Assembly (NCBI GenBank): GCA_947501605.1
Contig: CANMWZ010000060.1
Coordinates: 1 to 13,162 of the forward strand
Origin: Planctomycetota bacterium
GTDB lineage: Bacteria > Planctomycetota > UBA1135 > UBA2386
Direction of reading: 5' to 3'
Length of the DNA: 13,162 bases
Both the position numbers and the translations under genes were made by a program. How positions within the stretch are numbered: position 1 is the stretch's first letter; each line of letters opens with the position of its first letter. Positions 6,579-13,162 of this stretch are shown piece after piece. Under the pieces are notes generated by a model. It was not told where the DNA came from. It searched no databases and saw only the letters and a list, made by a program, of their open reading frames with translations.

Positions 6579-9500
6579 CCGCTCGATCCAGGTCAGCAGC
6601 GTGCGGTACTGCCAGCTGCGCTTGCCTTCGAGCCACCGGATCCCGCCGCCGTGCGTCGGTCGATTCGGGTCCTTCTCGCGGAACGGATTGTCGAGCTCGT
6701 ACATCGGTTTGTTGAGCACGAAGCTGTCTTGCGGGCTGCGCAGGTCAACGGTGCGCATCACGAAGTCGAGCAGGAAGCGCGCTTCCTGCGCCGTGTAGTT
6801 CTCGCCGTTCTCGGGCTCGGGCATGAACAGCGTGTTGTGCGTGTTGTGGCACTCCCAGCAGGCATCGCCGGTCGGGCCGACCTCGGTGAAAATGGGCACC
6901 ACCTTGGTCAAGAACTCGTCGAAGTGGAACTGTTCGCCGCGGTCGAGCTTCTTGCCGCTGGCCCAGTCGAGGACGGTGCGGAAGTCCGGGTCGGTGGGTT
7001 CGCTCCACGAGACGCCGCCGCCGTGGCCGGTTCCGTGCACGGCGCCGATTGCGCGATCTGGATTGAGTGGCTTCATCAACAACGGGCTCGAGAGCGGGTC
7101 GTTGAGGTCGATGTAGGCGAGCACCGCATTGTAGTTGCGCGTGAGTTCTTCGTCGCTCGGCGCGCCGTCCGCAGCGGGCACCAGCATGAACTTGCCGACG
7201 TCCTTGCGGAGCTGCACGTGGCACTCGACACAGCTCTTGGCTCCCGTAGTGCCCGGTCGCATCAGCACCGGATGGACGAAGGCAGCAAAGGTGTCGAAGT
7301 CGAGCGCGCTGTCGACACGCTCGACGGCGGCGGCCGGCACCGGCACACGATCTGGGTCGTAGCCCAGCGCGACGGCGGCCAGACTGCGAGGCTCAGCATC
7401 CGGGAGCAGCAGCGCACGTTCGAGCAACTCGGTGACGTCCATGCCAGCCGCGCGCGCGCGCAACAGCAACTGGACCGCGTCGGCCCGCAGTCGCGGGCGG
7501 CGTGCCTGCAGCAGCTTGCCGAGCTCGGGCAGCAGCGCTGGCCACGGCGCATCGTCGGTGTGCCAGAGCGCGAAGCGCGCCGCGCGTTCGTGCTGCTCCG
7601 CCATGGGCCCCGCGAGGGCTTCTTGCACGAAGGCCCAGCGGTGCGGCCCCGAGGCCAGTTGGCCAGCTGCGACTTGCGAACGTTCGATCTGGATCTCGGC
7701 CTCGGTGCGCAGCGCCGGTTCGACGCTGACGAGTGCCTGCCAGACCGCCGCGCGGGCGACTGGGGAGGCCTTGAACTCGGCTGCCCACTCGAGGTCTTGT
7801 AGCGACAGGCGCCGAAGTTCGAGGTCGACCGGGCTGTGCAGCAGCCGCAGCAGTTCGCCGACGAACTCAGGGCGTTGGCTGCTCGGGTCGCGTCGCAGCC
7901 AGCGCAGCGCCGCGCGGCACCGGTCTTCCGCCGCTTCGTCAACGATCGTGTTGGCCGACAAGAACTCGAACTCGATGCCGTGGGCTGGAAGGTCTTGACC
8001 GTGCACTTCGACGACGTCGAGGGCTCTCAGGCTCGCGGTGCGAACGGCCGGGACCTGGTCACCAGCCGTGCGTAGCAGCGCTGCAACCAGCTCGTGGTTT
8101 GCGTGCTTGCGGACGGCGGTGACAGCCCATGCGGCGTGTTCGCGGATCTCGGGGTCTTGATCCGCAAGGGCCACGAGCACCTCCTTTGCCAAGACCGCGC
8201 CGCCGCTGCCTTCGAGCACGACGTCATCGGTGTCGTTGCCGTTGGCAGCGCCGCGCCGGATGCGCATGCCGAGTGCGCGGAGCAAGACGAGGCGGCTCTG
8301 TCGCGTGCCGGCTCTCAGTTCGGCGGCGAATTGTTCGCCCAGGTCGCGCTCGACGATCTCGTCGCGAGCGTGCCGGATGCGTTCGCGCTGCCGATCGGTT
8401 GCCATGACTCTGCTGTCATTGCCGTAGAGCTCGGCGGTGTTCTCGTCGCAGATGTTGTGCAAGCCCTTCTCGATGCAAGCGAGCACTTCGCTGTGTTCGC
8501 CCGCATGCCGTGCGCGGGCGATGATGCGAGCGAGGATCGCGGGCTTCTGCGCCGTTGCCGCGCGGTACCACCACTGCTGCGCCGCCTTCAGCGCGTGCAT
8601 GCGAACGACGAAGTCGCTGTCATCGATGCGCGCGAGCACCGCGTCGAGGCACGCCGGGTCGCGCGCCAGATTCCAGAACCGGTGCACGAACACGCGCGTC
8701 GCCGCTCGTCGCGTGCGCACATCGGGATCCGTCAGTGCGGCGAGAAGTTCGGCGCGGCCGATCGCCTCGTTGCCGAGTGTGCGCAGCGCGACGGCGGCGG
8801 CGCGCGCGACGGCTTTGCTGTCGTCGGCGAGGGCGTGGCGCAAGGGCGCGACGATGCGCTGCAGGAGTGTCGGGTCCTCGGCGTTCCACGCGAGGCGCTG
8901 GAGCGCGAGTGCCGCCGCCGTGCGCAGCAGCGGCAGTTCATCGTCGAGCAGGCTCAGTGCCGCCGTGACCTGAGGTTCGTCGTGAAGGCGCCATTGCGCC
9001 TGCAGCCACTGCAGGGCCTGGGCCGCGGTGCGACCAGCGCCTGGCAGTTCGAGCCGCGTCGTCGCGGTCGCGTTCTCGGGAAACAGCTGCGCCAGGAACA
9101 TCACCGCCCACTTGGTCTCCAGGTACGGCGTTCGGAACAGCTCGCCCTGTGGATCGACCCAGCCGCCGAACTCCAACTGGCGCTGCAGCAGCAAGGCGGC
9201 GGCGCGTTGCAGGAGCGGTTGCAGCTTCTCGTCGCCGGGAGCACTCGTCTGCAAGAGGGCGTAGGCCGCCTGGGCGGTGAAGAACGTCAGCGACGGGAGA
9301 TGCGGCAGGTCGAGAGGGTTGGTCGCTTCGAGTTCGTTGACCTGCAGATTGCTGAGATACTCGGCGGTAACGAAGCCGCCGTCGTGGTGGACCTTGGCGC
9401 GCAGCCGCTCCATGTTGGCGGCGATCTGCGGCGCAAACCGCTCGCGGTCCATCGCCAGCATGCCGAGGCTCTGCTCGACGAGGTCCTCATTGTCCTTCAC

Positions 9501-11624
9501 GCGTGCCGTCGCGATCAGCTCCTGCATGTGCAGTGCCAGTTGCCGCCACTCGTCGCTGCCGGTGCGGCGGGCGAGTTCGTCAAACAGGCGCCATGCCTCG
9601 GTCGCCACGCGCGCGTCGCTGATCGACCGATTGCCGTCGAACTCGTAGTTGCCGCCTTCTGTGCGGTCGCCGCGCCGCGGCAGCTCGGTGCGCGTGCCGT
9701 AGACCAGCTCAGCGAAGCGTGCGGGCCCGACGATCGCGTCCGTGGGCCGCTTCCGCACCTGGGCTTCGAAGTCGCAGATCATCGTGCCCACGCGAGCAAT
9801 GCCGGTGGTCGGTGCGAGGTCAAAGCGCGCCCAGGTGGCGCCGTCGTGGCCGTAAAGCGGGACGCCGACCTCGTAGACGCGGTCGATCAGATTGCGGAAC
9901 TCCTGGTTGTCGGTCGTGCGGTAACCGTTGCGATGGGCCGCGAGGTTGCTGATCACCGGGTAGTGACCGGCGTGGCAGGCAAAGCAGCGCGTGGTCTCGT
10001 CGGTGTTGGTGTCAAGGCGCGTGCGGACCGCACCGCCCCGAGGCACGTTGGCAAAGAAGCTGTCGCCCGCTTGCACGGCGTACTCGGCCGCGGTGCGCAC
10101 GGCGGCGCGCGGGTCGGTGTACGGCGGCACGTCGTGCAGCGTCGTGCGCAGCACGTAGCTCGGATGGTTGGCCTTCACGTGCAGCCAGTAGGTGCCCTTG
10201 CTGACCACTCGCGACAAGAACTTCCAACCAGCGATGCTCGCGTCCTGGTTGTCGTGGCGGACCTCGGTGGGATCCTTGCCACGCGTGTAACCCACGAGGC
10301 GGCCGACCTCGTCGCGGACGTAGAGCTTCATCGTTGCTGGCACGTCGCGGTCGGCGCAGTCGAGGGTGAAGAACACGAGCTTCGGCGTCTCGTCGTTGAA
10401 CGAAAAGCGCAGCCAGTCCCAGCCGACCTTGCCCTCGTGCGTGTTGTCCAGGTACTCGATGTCGTCGGCGCCGCCGTGCACGGCCGTGCCGAGCCCGAAC
10501 TCGTCGGCCATGTTCCACTGGTCGTTGGGTTCGCTTTCGAGGCGGCGGCCGTCGTCGCGCTCGGTAGCGATCTCGCGGATCTCGACACGCCACGACAGTT
10601 CGTCGCCGAAGTTGACAAACGGGCCACGGAGCGACGGGGGCGTGTGAGCCACGAGCGCTTCGAGTCCGTCGCTGCTGCCCCGCTGCAGTGCCTCGGCGAC
10701 GGTCGCGGGTGTGATCGCGTCGAGATCCTCGAGGCTGCGTGCGACGTAGGCGTGGTCGAACCACAGCGTGCCCAAGGCCGGCACGAGGCCGATGCCGGTG
10801 AGGGTGAAGTCGCCGCGGTCTTGCCACAGGTCGCGGGTGACCACGGTCCATTCGCGCGGCGGGGCGTCGGCGACGGTGGTGCTGCCCCATCCCAGCAGGT
10901 TGTTGCCAACCGAGTAGCGCAGGCGGCCGTCGGTCGGATCGCCCAGTTCGCCCTGGTCCGCGAGGGCGACGGCGGCGGTGTCCCCGGTCTCGAGTTTCCA
11001 CGCGAAGCGCAGATAGCGGAACTCGCCGAACGCCGGCTTCTCGGTGATGCGATAGCCCCAGCCCGGAACGTTCTTGCCGATGCGCATGGCCGCCTGCACG
11101 CGCAGCGCGCTGCGGCCGGAGTAGGGCGCCTGGTCGACGAGGCGCACATCGCCGTCGCCTTCGCGCATCGCGTCGACGAGGTTGGCATCGTCCTGCACCA
11201 GTGCGATGGCCTTGCGGTCTCGGGCCACCGGGCGCGTGGCGTCGTCGATCGCCTTCACCACCGGGCCGCGCTCGGTCGAGCGGGCGATGCGCAACACGGA
11301 GACGCCGGCGATGCGCGGGCGGAAGGTGAACTGGAGATCCGGGTCGCCTTGGTGCAGGACCTTGCCGGTCGGCATGCCCGTCGGGTCGAACAGTTCCACG
11401 CGCAGCTTCGAGTCGTTGCTGGCGCGCACATCCGTCAACGTCGCGAGCACCGAGTAGTAGCGGCCCGGTAGCAGGTCAGGCAGCGCCAAGTCGACTGGTT
11501 CGGTCGAAGCGCAATGGCCGTCCTTGACGTAGACCTTCGGCCCGGACTGTGCGAACAGCGTCGACGGTCCCACCGCAAGGGCGGCGGACAGGAATGGAAT
11601 CAGTGCGGAGCTGGGGAACCGCAT
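6561..11624 (-). CDS. Large secreted multidomain protein (1687 aa) with three CxxCH heme c motifs, a helical toroid-like region, HEAT-like repeats and two C-terminal planctomycete-type cytochrome c-like modules
   Basis: ATG11624 gives MRFPSSALIPFLSAALAVGPSTLFA|Q. The 86 upstream codons in the ORF track look non-coding and overlap the divergent kinase. Heme motifs: CFACH (9972-9986), CVECH (7218-7232), CWECH (6846-6860). ESEPND at 10521-10538. HEAT-like units include LLDDELPLLRTAAALAL, LADDSKAVARAAAVAL, LTDPDVRTRRAA and LADQDPEIREHAAWAV. The last two modules repeat S.[LV]L.KP...HGGG..W...[FY]RT[VL]L.W. Confidence 0.9.
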   Translation of the reverse strand: MRFPSSALIPFLSAALAVGPSTLFAQSGPKVYVKDGHCASTEPVDLALPDLLPGRYYSVLATLTDVRASNDSKLRVELFDPTGMPTGKVLHQGDPDLQFTFRPRIAGVSVLRIARSTERGPVVKAIDDATRPVARDRKAIALVQDDANLVDAMREGDGDVRLVDQAPYSGRSALRVQAAMRIGKNVPGWGYRITEKPAFGEFRYLRFAWKLETGDTAAVALADQGELGDPTDGRLRYSVGNNLLGWGSTTVADAPPREWTVVTRDLWQDRGDFTLTGIGLVPALGTLWFDHAYVARSLEDLDAITPATVAEALQRGSSDGLEALVAHTPPSLRGPFVNFGDELSWRVEIREIATERDDGRRLESEPNDQWNMADEFGLGTAVHGGADDIEYLDNTHEGKVGWDWLRFSFNDETPKLVFFTLDCADRDVPATMKLYVRDEVGRLVGYTRGKDPTEVRHDNQDASIAGWKFLSRVVSKGTYWLHVKANHPSYVLRTTLHDVPPYTDPRAAVRTAAEYAVQAGDSFFANVPRGGAVRTRLDTNTDETTRCFACHAGHYPVISNLAAHRNGYRTTDNQEFRNLIDRVYEVGVPLYGHDGATWARFDLAPTTGIARVGTMICDFEAQVRKRPTDAIVGPARFAELVYGTRTELPRRGDRTEGGNYEFDGNRSISDARVATEAWRLFDELARRTGSDEWRQLALHMQELIATARVKDNEDLVEQSLGMLAMDRERFAPQIAANMERLRAKVHHDGGFVTAEYLSNLQVNELEATNPLDLPHLPSLTFFTAQAAYALLQTSAPGDEKLQPLLQRAAALLLQRQLEFGGWVDPQGELFRTPYLETKWAVMFLAQLFPENATATTRLELPGAGRTAAQALQWLQAQWRLHDEPQVTAALSLLDDELPLLRTAAALALQRLAWNAEDPTLLQRIVAPLRHALADDSKAVARAAAVALRTLGNEAIGRAELLAALTDPDVRTRRAATRVFVHRFWNLARDPACLDAVLARIDDSDFVVRMHALKAAQQWWYRAATAQKPAILARIIARARHAGEHSEVLACIEKGLHNICDENTAELYGNDSRVMATDRQRERIRHARDEIVERDLGEQFAAELRAGTRQSRLVLLRALGMRIRRGAANGNDTDDVVLEGSGGAVLAKEVLVALADQDPEIREHAAWAVTAVRKHANHELVAALLRTAGDQVPAVRTASLRALDVVEVHGQDLPAHGIEFEFLSANTIVDEAAEDRCRAALRWLRRDPSSQRPEFVGELLRLLHSPVDLELRRLSLQDLEWAAEFKASPVARAAVWQALVSVEPALRTEAEIQIERSQVAAGQLASGPHRWAFVQEALAGPMAEQHERAARFALWHTDDAPWPALLPELGKLLQARRPRLRADAVQLLLRARAAGMDVTELLERALLLPDAEPRSLAAVALGYDPDRVPVPAAAVERVDSALDFDTFAAFVHPVLMRPGTTGAKSCVECHVQLRKDVGKFMLVPAADGAPSDEELTRNYNAVLAYIDLNDPLSSPLLMKPLNPDRAIGAVHGTGHGGGVSWSEPTDPDFRTVLDWASGKKLDRGEQFHFDEFLTKVVPIFTEVGPTGDACWECHNTHNTLFMPEPENGENYTAQEARFLLDFVMRTVDLRSPQDSFVLNKPMYELDNPFREKDPNRPTHGGGIRWLEGKRSWQYRTLLTWIERVAGRR

Positions 11625-11775
11625 GGAAGAGTCTCGGAGTGAGAATCGTATCCCCTGGTCGGGCGGCTGAGAGTAGCCAGGATCGGGGAGCGGCGCAGGT
11701 ACGATTGCGGGCTGCAGTGGGGGACCGTGACATCGCCATTGGCCCGCGCGATTGCGGCCAGCCGCGCTTTGGCAG

Positions 11776-13162
11776 ATGCTGCGATCCGTGGACCTCCGCC
11801 CCATCTCCGAGCCTGCAAACGGCGCGAGCGTCGCAATCGCCGTTGATGCCGTTCGCGACGACGGCAGTAGCGAACTCCCCACGCGCGTTCGGCGTCATCC
11901 TCGATTTCGCTACCTGCAGACGATGCTTCTCGTGGCAATCGCTACCGGAATCTCGGCGATGCTGTTTCCGATCGGGGACCTCGAGAACCTGATCATGATC
12001 TACCTGCTGGCCGTGGTGCTGGCAGCGCTCTACCTCGGCAGGGGTCCGTCGATTCTCGCGACCTTCGTCGGACTCGCCGCGTTCGTCTACTTCTTCGTTC
12101 CGCACTACAACTCGTTCGTCCTCGAGGACCTCTACTACTTCCCCACGTTCGTCGTGATGTCATCGGTCGGTCTGATCGTGTCGACCCTGACCTCACGACT
12201 CCGAGCGGATGCGTTGCTCACCGAGGGACGAGAGCGCCGCAGCCTCGCGCTGTACGAGCTGTCCCGCGATCTCGCCGCCACCGAGACGAGGGAGGCCCTG
12301 GCCCCGGTGGTCGACAAACACATGCAGCGGGCGTTCTCGTGCGGCGGTCGGGTTCTGGCGGCGGACGGCAATGGTTTCGTGTGCCTTGATAGCGACTCGA
12401 CGCCTGTAGATCCGGAGGCAACAGCAGCACTCCGGCACGCAGTCGCGTGGAAGCACGCGGTCCAATGGGGCAGTTCCGTCGTGCAACCGATGGTCGTCGC
12501 GGGTGAGCCAGTCGGACTCCTGCGTTGTGCGTCGTTCGATCTACAGGTCTTCCAGACTTCGTCGAACCTGCAGTTGCTGGAAGCGTTCGCCAACAACATC
12601 GGCGTCGCCCTGCACCGGTTGGTGGTCGGCGAACAAGTGACCCAGGCGCGCCGACACATCGAGGACGAACGGTTGCGCAACGTGATGCTGAGCTCGGTCA
12701 GCCACGACCTGCGCACGCCGCTGGCTTCGATCACGGGCGCGGTCACGACGTTGATCGAGAGTTCGAAGGTCCTCGACGACGCGACGCGACTCGATCTGAT
12801 GCAGTCGATCCGCGAGGACGCCGACGCGTTGGAACGTCAGGTCCGCAACCTGCTCGACCTGACGAAGCTCGAATCGGGCAGCGTTTTGGCGCAGCGCGAT
12901 TGGCACTCGGTCGAGGAGGTCGTGGGCTGCGCGATGCGCCGCGTCGAGTCGGTGCTCCTCGATCGCGAGGTCGTGATCGCGCTGGCGGACGACCTGCCGT
13001 TGGTGTCGATCGACGCGATGCTGGTGGAACAGATGCTTGTCAACCTCTTGGAGACCGCCGCCAAGTACGCGCAAAAGGACCGACCGGTGGAGGTCGATGC
13101 GCGCATCGACGGCGATGACCTGCGGATCGCCGTCCGCGATCGCGGCAAAGGACTCGATGCCG
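11776..13162 (+). CDS. KdpD-like membrane sensor histidine kinase (DUF4118-type transmembrane domain, GAF-like, HisKA, HATPase), 3'-truncated by the window
   Basis: Frame +1 is open from after TGA 11728-11730 to the window end. It is absent from the ORF track, presumably because no stop is reached. Manual translation gives NLIMIYLLAVVLAALYLGRGPSILATFVGLAAFVYFFVPHYNSF, ALYELSRDLA, ERLRNVMLSSVSHDLRTPLASITG (His codon 12703), NLLDLTKLESG, LVEQMLVNLLETAAKY, VRDRGKGL. The start is uncertain (ATG11776 or GTG11788). The symbol is withheld because the N-terminal KdpD and Usp domains are absent. Confidence 0.9.
   Translation, partial: MLRSVDLRPISEPANGASVAIAVDAVRDDGSSELPTRVRRHPRFRYLQTMLLVAIATGISAMLFPIGDLENLIMIYLLAVVLAALYLGRGPSILATFVGLAAFVYFFVPHYNSFVLEDLYYFPTFVVMSSVGLIVSTLTSRLRADALLTEGRERRSLALYELSRDLAATETREALAPVVDKHMQRAFSCGGRVLAADGNGFVCLDSDSTPVDPEATAALRHAVAWKHAVQWGSSVVQPMVVAGEPVGLLRCASFDLQVFQTSSNLQLLEAFANNIGVALHRLVVGEQVTQARRHIEDERLRNVMLSSVSHDLRTPLASITGAVTTLIESSKVLDDATRLDLMQSIREDADALERQVRNLLDLTKLESGSVLAQRDWHSVEEVVGCAMRRVESVLLDREVVIALADDLPLVSIDAMLVEQMLVNLLETAAKYAQKDRPVEVDARIDGDDLRIAVRDRGKGLDA

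Noticed and set aside
9100..9990. Calling the large protein a squalene-hopene cyclase
   Set aside because: Only degenerate QW-like motifs are present, with no DxDD catalytic motif in this region. The signal peptide and heme motifs do not fit that enzyme.
8094..11471. 1125-aa ORF on the + strand
   Set aside because: It is the antisense shadow of the 1687-aa gene. GC-biased codon usage suppresses stops on the opposite strand, and the translation has no recognisable motif.
11739..11782. Two sigma-54-like TTGGC...TGC elements in the divergent intergenic region
   Set aside because: The GG-to-GC spacing is 11 and 8 nt rather than the required 10.
11625..11882. N-terminal extension of the large ORF as given in the ORF track (similarly 909-995 and 4902-5018)
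   Set aside because: Downstream ATGs give clean signal peptides. The extensions are low-complexity, and this one overlaps the divergent kinase gene.
11476..13148. ORF-track entries over the right end (11476..12105 -, 12135..12746 -, 12525..13118 +, 12541..13074 -)
   Set aside because: All are shadows of the frame +1 histidine kinase, which shows clear H-box and transmembrane motifs.

Overview
This GC-rich bacterial window contains seven credible protein-coding genes and no recognisable RNA gene, CRISPR array or mobile element. The protein style suggests a Planctomycetota-like genome (inference only). In order: (1-2) two tandem paralogous proteins, the first cut by the window start, the complete one secreted with an N-terminal domain resembling lysyl oxidase; (3) an ABC-F double ATPase on the minus strand; (4) a small divergent zinc-ribbon protein; (5) a secreted protein with three CHRD domains; (6) a ~1690-aa secreted multidomain protein with three CxxCH motifs, helical repeats and tandem cytochrome c-like modules; (7) a short KdpD-like sensor kinase that runs off the 3' end, is missing from the ORF track, and has Thr in place of the N-box Asn. 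Two observations stand out. A ~130-aa C-terminal domain is shared by unrelated secreted proteins and is a candidate sorting or anchoring signal, with Gln predicted as the first mature residue. The paralog domain keeps the lysyl oxidase Lys/Tyr motif pair but lacks the canonical copper-binding His cluster.
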